A stretch of DNA of 64,000 bases from a virus, in the IMG/VR virus record IMGVR_UViG_3300045017_000165, positions 20,701 through 84,700 of that record; one strand, 5' to 3'. Made by a program: the position numbers and the translations under genes. This document shows, one piece after another, positions 1-10,476 of the stretch (the stretch's first letter is position 1; the number at the start of each line of letters is the position of its first letter). The notes below the pieces were generated by a model, which saw nothing but the letters and a program-made list of their open reading frames with translations, did no database searches and was not told the DNA's origin.

Positions 1-90
1 ACCACTAAAGTTTTGCCTCGCGTCATAAACATGCTTTTTGATGAAACCCGTGTAAAATGTTATTCTTAGTGAGAAAGTTCTGGAGAAAAA

Positions 91-1191
91 ATGAGACTAA
101 TAAATCAAGTTATTGATTTTACAGACGACGTCAGTAAAGAGATTTTTAAGCAGGCTTCTGCCATACCAGAGCACTGCGCTGATGGGGCTATACTCACTGC
201 TGAAGAGCGCGCAAAACTAGCGGAAGAAGACTTTGCGCTGGTTATGCTCACGAAAGAAGCCTCCAGATTGAGAAAGTTCCCCATCACAGACGAAGCAAAT
301 ACTTGGCTATCGTGCCACTACTTTAGCAAGACTGCAGCTAGACTCCCTCACACGGCTCAAAAGATAGCTGCTGCTAATTTAAAGAGAGCCTGTGCCATAT
401 TTAACATCACTCCCCCAAACAACGTGTGCGAGCTCGCCGACGAAACTGTTAGCAGTAACTTCTATGATGAAGCTACCCACGCAAACGCAGATCGATCGTT
501 TGAGCAGACAGTGAAGATTGCTAGAGAGTTGCCGCGCTCAGAAAGCTCACCGCACTACTACGCGTTGTCGGGTAAATATGCGATGCCGTCGGCTGAGTAT
601 GTGAAGATCGCAAGCCAGTACTTTGATAAGCATGAGAAAGAGTTTGGTAATGCGGAAGATAGGCACTCATTTGCTAATAATGTGCTGAATCGCGCTAAAG
701 AATTGAACGTAGATCTTGGTGAATCCGCAACCATCAATAAATATGCCTCTGACCAGTACAGTGATAATATTTCTCGTCAGATTAAACTTAGGGAATCACT
801 GGTGGATGGAAAAGATGACTTATCCAAGTCGCTCAGTAAACTAGCCTCATTTAAATCGACCACAGAGCCGTCAGTATTTGCAAAAGCTCTTTATGAATTC
901 GATAAAAAAGCCGGTCTGGAGCGCTATTACGGAAAATCTGTGGATGATGCGTTTAAAGCAACTCTAGAAAAAACCGCTGCCTCGGCGTATCAATGGAAGG
1001 ACGCGCAAACAAACGAATCCATCACTGGAGACTTATTGAAAAAAGCTGCTAGTTCAAAGTTTGATAAAATCTCTCAGTATTTCGGCAAAACCGTGGCGGA
1101 AAACTTGAAAAAGCACCCAGTTGAAATATTTGATTCGCTGCCAAACGATGCCAAGGTGGTTATCGTTCGTCTAGCGAAAGGGACAATGTAA
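91..1191 (+). CDS. Putative head/core-associated virion protein (K-x-A rich)
   Basis: 366 aa, RBS GGAG; more than 10 K-x-A motifs (KQA, KLA, KEA, KTA, KIA, KYA); two segments resembling the FA..(R)K[FY]P[IM] module of the 29893 ORF. Confidence 0.55.
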   Translation: MRLINQVIDFTDDVSKEIFKQASAIPEHCADGAILTAEERAKLAEEDFALVMLTKEASRLRKFPITDEANTWLSCHYFSKTAARLPHTAQKIAAANLKRACAIFNITPPNNVCELADETVSSNFYDEATHANADRSFEQTVKIARELPRSESSPHYYALSGKYAMPSAEYVKIASQYFDKHEKEFGNAEDRHSFANNVLNRAKELNVDLGESATINKYASDQYSDNISRQIKLRESLVDGKDDLSKSLSKLASFKSTTEPSVFAKALYEFDKKAGLERYYGKSVDDAFKATLEKTAASAYQWKDAQTNESITGDLLKKAASSKFDKISQYFGKTVAENLKKHPVEIFDSLPNDAKVVIVRLAKGTM

Positions 1192-2034
1192 GTGAGTAAT
1201 ACTCAAGATCAACAGAAAAAAAGCCGCACCGAGGAACTAGGTAGGCGCACACTACGCTTGGTAAAGGGTGTGGAGCAGGTCGGCTCAAATCTGAAGGGCG
1301 GGCAACCTGTCAAGGCACTGCACCAAGCGATCATCACTGGGATAAAACTAGCAGACGAAAACGTTTTTTATAATGAGTTATCTTCAGCGCTTCAAGTTGC
1401 TGCAGCCTTGAAGGCGCTGAGCACGGATGCACTGAGCTGGACGCCGGAGGTTCTGTGCGCTGAGATCGATAAGAAGTTTAGAGGGTGGTCGAGTGAAAGG
1501 GTTGCCTCTGCCATCGCCCACTTTCATAAAACTGGTACTCTTTTAACAGACGTTCCTCAGCTAGTTCGTGAGAAGATTTACGCAATTCGTATAGTGGCGA
1601 CATCCAACTCTGCCCAGACAGAGTGGCACATCTTTGAAAAAGTCGGTGGCGCGTTCAACGATCGCGTCGCTAAATTCGGAGAGATCGAGCCGCTATCAGC
1701 TGCGGAAGCTGCTAAAACCGTAGCTATAATAGAAGACATTCGACCTGACGTTTATGACAACGAAGTGAAAATATACATAGCGGGGTGTTGCCATCAGGAC
1801 GGGCTTTACACCATAGAAGCCATTAAATGGTTGCGTATGTCAGAACCATACCTCCGACAGATGAACAGAGACTCAACCGGAGATCCTTTTGATCCATCAA
1901 TCGGAGCTGCCATCGGTAAAAAATTAAACGAACTGAGGAGTTTAGAAACCATACCGGATTTCGACGAGTCTGACGTTGTGTCAGTACAAGCAGGGAAGCT
2001 ACTCGCCATTGAACTTATAGCCAGCAAGGTCTAG
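1192..2034 (+). CDS. Hypothetical protein
   Basis: 280 aa ORF, GTG start abutting upstream stop. Confidence 0.6.
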   Translation: MSNTQDQQKKSRTEELGRRTLRLVKGVEQVGSNLKGGQPVKALHQAIITGIKLADENVFYNELSSALQVAAALKALSTDALSWTPEVLCAEIDKKFRGWSSERVASAIAHFHKTGTLLTDVPQLVREKIYAIRIVATSNSAQTEWHIFEKVGGAFNDRVAKFGEIEPLSAAEAAKTVAIIEDIRPDVYDNEVKIYIAGCCHQDGLYTIEAIKWLRMSEPYLRQMNRDSTGDPFDPSIGAAIGKKLNELRSLETIPDFDESDVVSVQAGKLLAIELIASKV

Positions 2035-2041
2035 GGGTTGT

Positions 2042-2347
2042 ATGGGCATAGCTCGCAATAAAAGAGCTAACATTTTAATGGCGGTGGCGTTTAGCGCGAG
2101 CGACTGGCTAAATAACTCTATCGTCATTATCCGCTCAGGACTCCCTACAGTGCCGGGTGAAATCGGTCCTCACGAACTACCGTTAAATCGTTTTTACGAA
2201 ACTTCAATTTATAAATACCTGCCTAGTAGTAGGACTAAAGAAGTGGGTCTAACTATAGTGCACGATAGGGCGACCGGTAATATAACCTTCTCGAAAGCTG
2301 CAGCAGTAGCCGCTTTTTCTGGGGTGGCATTTATAAAAACCTACTAG
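2042..2347 (+). CDS. Hypothetical virion protein, paralogous to C-terminus of 2570-3304
   Basis: VAFSASDW...GEIGPH matches VSFAASDW...GEVGPH. Confidence 0.6.
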   Translation: MGIARNKRANILMAVAFSASDWLNNSIVIIRSGLPTVPGEIGPHELPLNRFYETSIYKYLPSSRTKEVGLTIVHDRATGNITFSKAAAVAAFSGVAFIKTY

Positions 2348-2349
2348 TC

Positions 2350-2553
2350 ATGAACGATAAAATAAGAAATAATCACACCCAGGAACTTTCTGAAAAAGTA
2401 GATTTACTTATCAATGCGCTACTACTTCTAACAAATATGCTAAGATGTAATAGGACAGTTGATGGAGTATCTTTTATTAACGCGATACCAGAATCAGTTT
2501 TGGATCGCGTAGAACATTTAGTGACGTACGATAAGCGTAGACCAAAATCATAG
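2350..2553 (+). CDS. Small hypothetical protein
   Basis: 67 aa ORF tightly packed in operon. Confidence 0.5.
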   Translation: MNDKIRNNHTQELSEKVDLLINALLLLTNMLRCNRTVDGVSFINAIPESVLDRVEHLVTYDKRRPKS

Positions 2554-2569
2554 GAGGGTATGACGCAAT

Positions 2570-3304
2570 ATGGCACAAATTAATTATGCTCACGTTTATG
2601 CTGGGGCAGGTTTCAGCGGCGAGCAGTTCAATATTGCGGCTGGTCCAGCCGACACCAGTATTATTGACGTTCTGCTGAGCGTTGGCGACGGCGCACTGAC
2701 GGAAGACGCTCCGCACGTTCTCGTTTCAACAGGCGCTCTTGGTGGAGCGCGCGCTCTCGATATTTCAGCAATGGAAGTCGAATCCGCTGCCAAAGGTGGA
2801 CAAGCTCTGAACGGTCGTATTTTCTATCTGTCGGTTCAGAACTCAGACATTTCTGGAACTAACACGTTGACCATCAGTGGCACTACTTCGATCAACGGTT
2901 CTGCCACACTAGTCATCTCCAATACTGGTGACTACCTCTTCCATCACGTCAGTGGTGGCGTGTGGCGTGTAAACGTTCTCCCGACTCCGGCTGAAAAGCT
3001 AGCCACCATGGCTCGCGTTTCATTCGCGGCGTCTGATTGGGATGCTGGCGCAAGCAAGAACACGATCAAAGTGCTTCAGACTGGCACTCCTGCCGCGGGC
3101 GAGGTTGGTCCACATCTTGTTACTCCATACGGTTCATATGTAGTTCAGGTCATTAACACTGACCTCACTCCGGAGTGGCAACATCGTTTAGTATTGGTCG
3201 ACGTCGAGATTCAATTTGCGCCGAACGGCGACATTACTCTGCGCAAGTCTCCGAAAGCGGCTGACTTTGCTGGCGTAGTGCTTATCGTCGGCACACTAGA
3301 CTAA
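2570..3304 (+). CDS. Putative virion structural (decoration/fibre) protein
   Basis: 244 aa, strong RBS GGAGG, Gly/Ala/Thr/Val-rich beta-type composition. Confidence 0.55.
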   Translation: MAQINYAHVYAGAGFSGEQFNIAAGPADTSIIDVLLSVGDGALTEDAPHVLVSTGALGGARALDISAMEVESAAKGGQALNGRIFYLSVQNSDISGTNTLTISGTTSINGSATLVISNTGDYLFHHVSGGVWRVNVLPTPAEKLATMARVSFAASDWDAGASKNTIKVLQTGTPAAGEVGPHLVTPYGSYVVQVINTDLTPEWQHRLVLVDVEIQFAPNGDITLRKSPKAADFAGVVLIVGTLD

Positions 3305-3317
3305 TTAAGGGGGTATC

Positions 3318-3500
3318 ATGGATATCTCTTCAAAAATTAAAGCGCTGCGCGAGGAAGCTGAAAAGCTCTCTGCCGAGGAAAAACTAATTAAAGCTCGCAT
3401 CGCCGAGCTTAAAACCGTCCTAGCAGAAAAGAAAAAGCAAGAAGAGCAACTAGCTGCTTTGAAGAAAGAAGAAGCCGAATTGCTAAAGCTTCTAGCGTAA
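3318..3500 (+). CDS. Small coiled-coil protein
   Basis: 60 aa, heptad E/K/L pattern, RBS AAGGGGG. Confidence 0.65.
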   Translation: MDISSKIKALREEAEKLSAEEKLIKARIAELKTVLAEKKKQEEQLAALKKEEAELLKLLA

Positions 3501-3523
3501 GCGGTTTTTATACAAAATAAGGC

Positions 3524-3554
3524 GGGCGGGGAGTTTAAACTCTCCGCCCTTTTT
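3524..3554 (+). terminator. Intrinsic terminator
   Basis: GGGCGGGGAGT-ttaa-ACTCTCCGCCC stem followed by T5. Confidence 0.7.
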
Positions 3555-3559
3555 AATTT

Positions 3560-3757
3560 ATGGACATAACTGACAAAATCAGACAGCTTCGCGACGACGT
3601 AGTAGAAATAGATCGTCTAACGGCTGTGACCGAAAAAAGACTGCAGGCGTTGAAGACTTTAATCTCTGAACGAAATTTAGTCCTAGATCGTTTGGAGAAC
3701 TCTCTTAAAGAAGAGCAACAACTACTAAGCTTGCTAGGCAACGACTCAACGTATTAA
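3560..3757 (+). CDS. Small coiled-coil protein, paralog of 3318-3500
   Basis: MDITDKIRQLRDD vs MDISSKIKALREE; both end in EE..LL.LL. Confidence 0.6.
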   Translation: MDITDKIRQLRDDVVEIDRLTAVTEKRLQALKTLISERNLVLDRLENSLKEEQQLLSLLGNDSTY

Positions 3758-3766
3758 TATGTAGGC

Positions 3767-5521
3767 ATGGCGGGCTACTTTAATCAAACGATCAGAAGCT
3801 ATGGTGGTCTGTCTTTAGAATACGAAGACATATCAGAGTCAGATTTTGCTGCCGCTAATGGAGCAGCCTACACCCCTCCAGAGCGTGGTACAGAAAGCAG
3901 AGGCATTCGTCGCATCAACGTTGCCAGGGCTATTCAAATTTTAGCTGAGTGTCCTGGAGTTATTGAAACGTTCCAGTCAGCAGATGCCGAACTCAGGCTT
4001 CCAGCAAACACCGTGCTCGAAGCAACAAACGATGCTGGTAATGGTCGACTATTCTTCGTAAAAAACTCGGGCACCGCAAATGCCAGACTACTGATAAAAG
4101 ACTACTTGGGAAATCTGTTATTCACCCTCTACATGAACACCACTGTAATCGTAGTGGGGAACATGAATAACACGTGGGATTTTTACATGGGGTCTTCTGG
4201 TACCTTCCCTTCCGTAACAGGGGAACCAACCGGGTTTGTAAACACAATGTATGATTCGGTTGTTAGCTTCAATGAGACTTCGCTTCAATTCTCAATATCC
4301 CCAGTTAGCGGCTCTTTTAAATATTTAATACAGGGAGTGGAATACGTAAAAACCGGCACTGACACGGTCAACATAACTAACAACGATGGGGTTTGGTATT
4401 TCTACTACGTCGGTACGGTTTTGACAGCCAGTCAGACCCCGTGGACCATAGGCGACACTACCAAGGCTTTTATTCAAGCTATCTACTGGAATACGCAGGA
4501 TCAAAAAGCCACCGTCATAAACGAGGAGCGCCACGGTTTAGTGATGGACTGGGCTACTCATCGCTATAACCACTTCGTGCAGGGATTAATACCCGAAGAA
4601 TTTAAGTTTGACGCTTCTAACTACATACTACGCGGAGATGGATCGCTAAACACGCACGCTCAAATAGGAGTTACTAACATTGGGAGAGTTTTTGACGAAG
4701 ACTTAGATATCCTTCCCGTCAACTCCACGACTCCCACACAACCGTACGAGCAAATCCTCAGTCCTTACTTAAATGCCCCAGTTCTCTACCGATCTGGAGC
4801 CTCGGGCTTCTGGCGTAAACTTGCTGCAACTGCCTATCCTTTAGCTTGGCAAGCCGGTAATCTGGCGCGGTACAACCAGTGGACAGGAGCTACTTGGCAA
4901 CTAACCACTTGCACTGACAACTACTTCGTAAATTCTTATGTTTGCATTGTTGAAGATCCTCGCCACCCGCTTATTGTATTTTTGGGGCAGAATCAATTTC
5001 CAACCGTTGTCGATGCTGCAAACGAGCTATTCAAAAACCTCGTCACTGCCTTTCCGATGACGGAAGTTTACCCACTTTTTAAGCTAATTTACAAAACTAG
5101 TACAACTTATACAAACCAACCAAAATCAGTTTTATACGCAATCCTGCCAGTTGGCGAAACTGTAGTAGATAACGATCGCTACACGTACGAGTGTGGATAT
5201 AATGGTAACGCTGGTGTGGGTAAGTACATGGATCGTAGTACTGGCACATCTACTTCTGAAGACCCTTTTACTCTCCCTGAAGCATCCTTTATCAGATATA
5301 TAACAGTTCAAACTTCTGCCGACTCCACTGGAACAATAGCATTATATAAGATGACAGACTTAGTGAATCCCCTACTAAGTATGAGTATTACCGCCATTAG
5401 ATACGCGAAGTTTTCGTTCTCTCAATACTTCGCCGCCGATGAGCAGTTCGCCTTAAAGGTTACTTCCGGATCATTCGCAAAGCCTCTAGTCACCATCTGG
5501 ATACAAACTCAATTGGGATAA
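3767..5521 (+). CDS. Putative tail-fibre / receptor-binding type virion protein
   Basis: 584 aa, T/Y/N/G-rich beta composition, structural cluster. Confidence 0.5.
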   Translation: MAGYFNQTIRSYGGLSLEYEDISESDFAAANGAAYTPPERGTESRGIRRINVARAIQILAECPGVIETFQSADAELRLPANTVLEATNDAGNGRLFFVKNSGTANARLLIKDYLGNLLFTLYMNTTVIVVGNMNNTWDFYMGSSGTFPSVTGEPTGFVNTMYDSVVSFNETSLQFSISPVSGSFKYLIQGVEYVKTGTDTVNITNNDGVWYFYYVGTVLTASQTPWTIGDTTKAFIQAIYWNTQDQKATVINEERHGLVMDWATHRYNHFVQGLIPEEFKFDASNYILRGDGSLNTHAQIGVTNIGRVFDEDLDILPVNSTTPTQPYEQILSPYLNAPVLYRSGASGFWRKLAATAYPLAWQAGNLARYNQWTGATWQLTTCTDNYFVNSYVCIVEDPRHPLIVFLGQNQFPTVVDAANELFKNLVTAFPMTEVYPLFKLIYKTSTTYTNQPKSVLYAILPVGETVVDNDRYTYECGYNGNAGVGKYMDRSTGTSTSEDPFTLPEASFIRYITVQTSADSTGTIALYKMTDLVNPLLSMSITAIRYAKFSFSQYFAADEQFALKVTSGSFAKPLVTIWIQTQLG

Positions 5522-5528
5522 TAAGCCT

Positions 5529-6836
5529 ATGGACAGAATAGTTATAATAAAGAACAACCGAACTTCTGCTGCTGTAGTCTACGAGGGTCAGGAAATAGCT
5601 GCAGAGTCTTCTTACACTATTCAGACAGATGGCGAACTTCTCCGCTTCGCGGGTTGTACCTCGTTAATTCACGACTTGACCGAAGACTCACCACAAACGG
5701 TAATCAACGACGGGTCGAGTGATTTATCCGCAGTTCAGGGAGTGAATTGGCTAACGGGTAACACCGATAAACGTAACAAGGAAGGTGTTCAACTCGTAGA
5801 TATGGTGCTCAGACGGGGACAGCCCGGAGACGATGGATTTACGATAGTTTCTCATGACCTCACTGATCGCACCACTTGGTATCAGGCTTCGGTCCGCGTT
5901 TCTGACTGCTCACTAGTAGATTCTGGAGATCACCTCACTTTTCAGGCAGAGGAGGGAAAGCGCCATTGGGTCAATATTTACTCGAGAAAATTGACTATAG
6001 ATCACAACAAGATCTTACTAAAAGACGGAACACTAGCGAAAGAAGAGGACTTTGCAGTTGTAGTAAAAGTTGATGGAGTCGTAACCACGGAAGGATTTAC
6101 TATCGACTTTACTACAGGGTCAATCACGTTTAGTTCGTCGCAAGAAAACAAAACAATCACCGCAACCTTTAATCACAATGACGTTGACGATGCCTCTAAC
6201 TTCATCGTTAGACCGGTGTCTAACTGCAAATATTTGGTAGAGCACGTAGAAATTCAGTTCTCCAAAAACATGTCGTTTAACGATTCCCATATTCAATTTG
6301 AGGTTTGGGCGGGGGATCCCTCCTACTCTTACTATGGTTCCTACTCAGATGAGATGTTCCACTATGCGTGGGGACAACATGAAAACGTATTATTTAGGGC
6401 GGTCTCTGAAGGCTTGGCGTGGACTATTGCGGCTGGTACGCAAGGAGTCTACGTCCCATTTGACGGTAGTAGTACGATCAGTGCCATTGTCTCTGCTTGG
6501 AACACCTCTAATCCGGACCTAGCTATTACCTGCCTTGGAGATGACTCTCAAGTTCTTGCCGCAGGAGGACTATTTCTTATCGGCGGGTTTGGTCAAATGC
6601 GCACCAGGTACCGCGGAATGCGAGACCTTATCAACTGGTGTAATAATCAATACCCAGTCATCCCGGCGTGTGGTGAACTTCAATATGACATAATGTGCTT
6701 CCCTTTTAGGTACCTCGTTCCTGCCGAATTAAATCCTGCGCAAGGAGCCTTGGTTCGATTATTTAATAAAGACGATGTTGAGCTGACTGGTGAGATCGCA
6801 ACGATTACGTTTTATATGTTAAAGGTGGATCCTTAA
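5529..6836 (+). CDS. Putative virion structural protein
   Basis: 435 aa; contains a VVKVDG...FTIDFTTGSITF...ITATF module typical of phage beta-sandwich proteins. Confidence 0.5.
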   Translation: MDRIVIIKNNRTSAAVVYEGQEIAAESSYTIQTDGELLRFAGCTSLIHDLTEDSPQTVINDGSSDLSAVQGVNWLTGNTDKRNKEGVQLVDMVLRRGQPGDDGFTIVSHDLTDRTTWYQASVRVSDCSLVDSGDHLTFQAEEGKRHWVNIYSRKLTIDHNKILLKDGTLAKEEDFAVVVKVDGVVTTEGFTIDFTTGSITFSSSQENKTITATFNHNDVDDASNFIVRPVSNCKYLVEHVEIQFSKNMSFNDSHIQFEVWAGDPSYSYYGSYSDEMFHYAWGQHENVLFRAVSEGLAWTIAAGTQGVYVPFDGSSTISAIVSAWNTSNPDLAITCLGDDSQVLAAGGLFLIGGFGQMRTRYRGMRDLINWCNNQYPVIPACGELQYDIMCFPFRYLVPAELNPAQGALVRLFNKDDVELTGEIATITFYMLKVDP

Positions 6837-6837
6837 G

Positions 6838-7659
6838 ATGAGAGCTTTCGTTTTATCTGGTGGTGGAGCTAAGGGGTCATTTCAAGCAGGAGTGCTGCTG
6901 CAGCTTTTTGAACAGGGAATTGTTCCAGACGCTTTCTTCGGCACTTCCGTCGGTGCCATCAACGCGCTCGGCTACGCCTACGGTGGGGCGGAAAAGCTGG
7001 TGAACTGGTGGCTTAGCGTTAAGGGGCGGGGGGACATACTATATCCGCACGGTATTCAGTGGCTTTGGAATTTCCATCGAATACTAGGGATTACAAACAG
7101 CGGTATATTTTCTACCGCACCACTTAGAAAAATCCTCCGCAACGCAGCAAGTGGAATAGAAACACCAATAGAGGCGGTAAGCTGCTTTGTGGACGTCAAG
7201 TCAGGCAAAACCAGCTACTGCTCTAACAAAACCAGCTCAACTGAGGACTTCGTGGACGCGGTGGTCTCCTCAGCCACTATACCCCTCATAATGGACGCCA
7301 ACCACTACACGGTTGACGGTGGTGTTAGAGAACAAACACCCCTCCAAGAAGCGCTAGACCGCGGCGCTACTGACGTTTATGTCGTGCTCTGCAACCCACT
7401 GCACGAAGATCCCGACCCGTGGAAACCTAAAGCTAAAGTATTCAAGTGGTTTGAAGTTCTCGAGCGCTGCGTGGACGACATCATGTGCCACGAGCTTTTC
7501 ATCAATGATCTGAAGGCACTTCTGAAGAATAAACCGCCGGGCGTCACCTTCCATGTTTACGCTCCCGACAGGCTTTGGATGCGCACAGTAGAGTTTGATC
7601 CGGCGAAAATACGAGACGCGATAGCCGCGGGTAAAGTCGCTAAACCTATTCAAATCTAG
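6838..7659 (+). CDS. Patatin-like phospholipase
   Basis: LSGGGAKG oxyanion loop, GTSVG nucleophile elbow, DGG catalytic Asp motif. Confidence 0.92.
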   Translation: MRAFVLSGGGAKGSFQAGVLLQLFEQGIVPDAFFGTSVGAINALGYAYGGAEKLVNWWLSVKGRGDILYPHGIQWLWNFHRILGITNSGIFSTAPLRKILRNAASGIETPIEAVSCFVDVKSGKTSYCSNKTSSTEDFVDAVVSSATIPLIMDANHYTVDGGVREQTPLQEALDRGATDVYVVLCNPLHEDPDPWKPKAKVFKWFEVLERCVDDIMCHELFINDLKALLKNKPPGVTFHVYAPDRLWMRTVEFDPAKIRDAIAAGKVAKPIQI

Positions 7660-7713
7660 GCAGTTACAGCTTGCCTATCGCAAGGTAGGTAGGCATGAGG
7701 TAAACTAGGGTTA

Positions 7714-10476
7714 ATGATAACAGCCACGGTAGGGTACCCAGCCCCAATAGATCTACAGTTAGATGATGGGGCAACGGACAGATACCCGAGAGCATACGTA
7801 TTCACCGATGCTGGGGTCTCTTTAGGAACCGTTGATCTAATTCACCAGGATAAGGGAGACTATACAGGGTTCTTTACCTTTTCTAGCGCCGGGTACTTTC
7901 TTGTACATTTTGTCACCTATCTAGATGCTGCGCGCACAATTGAAGACGTTGATTATACCCGTGACACCGATCTCTACAGGGCTACTATCACCACAGGGCT
8001 TTCTTGCGAGGATCTGGAAGCGATCGCCGATCATGTTTGGGATGAACCTGCTGAAGATCACATAACTCCAGGTTCTACGGGAGCCTACTTAGAAACCGCC
8101 ACCCATCCTGAAATCAACCTAGATTGTGTGGATCTCTCTCAAATAGCTGATGCTGTATGGGAAGAAGCAAAAGCAGGGCACACTACTCCAGATACTTACG
8201 GATATTACTTAGATACTACGGTTTCATCCCGAGCTTCTGAAATTACCGCAGCAGCTATAAAAGCGAAAACCGACCTACTTACATTCACAGGAACAGACGT
8301 CCACGCTGCATTTAGTCCCACCACGCAACAAGACGTAGCAGATAAGGTGTGGGATACCGCCATGGCTTCGCATACGGTAGCGGGGAGCTTTGGTGCAAAT
8401 GCTAATCTTATCGATGAGATTAAAACAGCTGTCGACCAGATTAATGTTGAGACAGACCCTACTCAAATAGCTGGCGCCGTGTGGGATGCAACAAGATTAC
8501 TTCACACAAACGCGGGTTCATTTGGAGAAGCCAATCAAGGGGTTGTCTCAGTAGCGCGCGCCAATAATCTCGATAATCTAAACGCTACCATTTCAAGTAG
8601 GGCGGCAGCCGCTACCGCTGTGTCGAATACCGACCTGACACTTGCCCGAATACAGAACCTAGATAACCTAGATATCGCAGTGTCGACGCGTGCCTCACAA
8701 GTAAGTATGGCGCTAGGGTTTGCGGCTGGAGCCAAAGATGCAACCGTTGCAAAAGACAGCACTGTCGCAAAAGAATCCACTCTTATCGCAATGAACAGTA
8801 CGTTGGTTAATATAGACAACGACACCACTCTATTAGAGTCCAGACTTACCGCTACGAGAGCTGCAAATCTCGATAAGTTAGATGTCAACGTTTCGACAAG
8901 GGCTACGCAAGCATCTGTCGACAATCTGTCGACAATCGTAGCTAAGGACGCAACCGTAGCTAAGGCTGCACAACTAGCCGCGCTTGACGCCAAGATCGGA
9001 ACTCCCGTTACAACGGTATCTGGGGACATCGCAGCAATCAAAACTACAGTGGATGCGGTAAGTACTGCTGTGAACACCTCTGGTGTGATGGTTAAGCCAT
9101 CAGAAAAAGCTGACATAGCTGACAGAGTTTGGGACGAGACGTTGAGCGATCATCTCGTTGCTGGCACTACTGGAGCTAAACTCGATTACCTCGATAACTC
9201 AACCGCAGTGCTTACGCCTGCAGATCTTAGCGCGATTGCAGACTCAGTATGGGACGAAAGCCTTGTAGGACACACGAGCTCGGGTTCTGCTGGCGCCAAC
9301 CAGAACCTCATCGATGAAATAGCTAATGATACTGCTGCTCTGGAAACACGAATCACCGCAGCCCGCGCAACTAACTTAGACAACTTAGACGTAGCTGTGT
9401 CGACTAGAGAAAGCGAAGCAAGTGCTGCAACTCGTTCAAGCGCTAACTTCATCGAACATAATCAAACCCAGACCGACATAGCTAATCTGCAACTCACTAC
9501 GAATAGCATCTCAACTAAAATCGGTAGTCCAATCACGTCTCTCTCTGGCGATATTGCGAGCGTTAAGGCTGATACGACAGCGATCAAAAGTAAAACGAAT
9601 AATCTTCCTTCTGATCCAGCAAGCCAATCAGCAGTTGACTCTAGGTTTAACACCGTCGATGCCACGACTGTAGCGACGCTAAACAATACCACTTTAATCA
9701 AAGTAAAAACCGATAATCTTCCAGCTGATCCAGCGAGTGAGAGTTCAGTTGTAGCTATTCCAACTAATCCAGTTCTAGTCACAGATCCGCGCCTATCAAG
9801 ACTCGACGTAAACGTATCTACAAGAGCCACACCTGCCGATCTCGCTAACCTCGCCACCAAGAACGACATTCTTCTGACCGAGGCTGCGATCATCGGTGGT
9901 ATTGATATTGTCGACGCTAAGGTAGATCAATTACCGACCAACGCTGAACTAACTGCAGCACTAGCTCCGATCGCTAAAGAGATCACACTACAGCAAGTGA
10001 AAGCTATTGTAGAAGCAATCCAAATCGCGCAGCTAACCGCGGAGCAAGTTTGGACATACGTAACTAGATCACTCACTGAACCAGTCACAACCGATTTAGA
10101 CCTAGCCCCACTTGCTAAGTCAACCGAGGTTAACGCGGCTAAAGCGGAAATACTCGATGCAATTCCTAAGCACGACATCGATATGACGACCGCGATTAAC
10201 CCCGATACCGACGAAATTGAAGTACAGGTGTGGATGGACTTGGATAACGCTACCATTGAGGATCCATTTAACGCTTCTATCTCCGTGTTCGATGGACTCG
10301 GAGCTCTTATTTTCAGCTCTCCAGTTTCTACAGATCACACTCCACAAGGGGTGTTTAGATTTATCAGAGGCAACGCAAGCGCGCTGCTAAGCCGCAATAA
10401 AACTTATGTCGTTAGCGCCACGATTACTCACGGAACTGAAACCTTACAAAAACTTAAATCCTTCGTGGTGTTCTGA
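7714..10476 (+). CDS. Long repetitive fibre-like virion protein
   Basis: 920 aa; repeats IADxVWDE, RAxNLDNLDxxVSTRA, KTxNLPxDPAS, AKDATVAK. Confidence 0.6.
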   Translation: MITATVGYPAPIDLQLDDGATDRYPRAYVFTDAGVSLGTVDLIHQDKGDYTGFFTFSSAGYFLVHFVTYLDAARTIEDVDYTRDTDLYRATITTGLSCEDLEAIADHVWDEPAEDHITPGSTGAYLETATHPEINLDCVDLSQIADAVWEEAKAGHTTPDTYGYYLDTTVSSRASEITAAAIKAKTDLLTFTGTDVHAAFSPTTQQDVADKVWDTAMASHTVAGSFGANANLIDEIKTAVDQINVETDPTQIAGAVWDATRLLHTNAGSFGEANQGVVSVARANNLDNLNATISSRAAAATAVSNTDLTLARIQNLDNLDIAVSTRASQVSMALGFAAGAKDATVAKDSTVAKESTLIAMNSTLVNIDNDTTLLESRLTATRAANLDKLDVNVSTRATQASVDNLSTIVAKDATVAKAAQLAALDAKIGTPVTTVSGDIAAIKTTVDAVSTAVNTSGVMVKPSEKADIADRVWDETLSDHLVAGTTGAKLDYLDNSTAVLTPADLSAIADSVWDESLVGHTSSGSAGANQNLIDEIANDTAALETRITAARATNLDNLDVAVSTRESEASAATRSSANFIEHNQTQTDIANLQLTTNSISTKIGSPITSLSGDIASVKADTTAIKSKTNNLPSDPASQSAVDSRFNTVDATTVATLNNTTLIKVKTDNLPADPASESSVVAIPTNPVLVTDPRLSRLDVNVSTRATPADLANLATKNDILLTEAAIIGGIDIVDAKVDQLPTNAELTAALAPIAKEITLQQVKAIVEAIQIAQLTAEQVWTYVTRSLTEPVTTDLDLAPLAKSTEVNAAKAEILDAIPKHDIDMTTAINPDTDEIEVQVWMDLDNATIEDPFNASISVFDGLGALIFSSPVSTDHTPQGVFRFIRGNASALLSRNKTYVVSATITHGTETLQKLKSFVVF

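Noticed and set aside
8275-10347. Several minus-strand ORFs (e.g. 8535-9116, 9462-9893)
   Set aside because: Antisense shadows of the 920-aa repetitive gene
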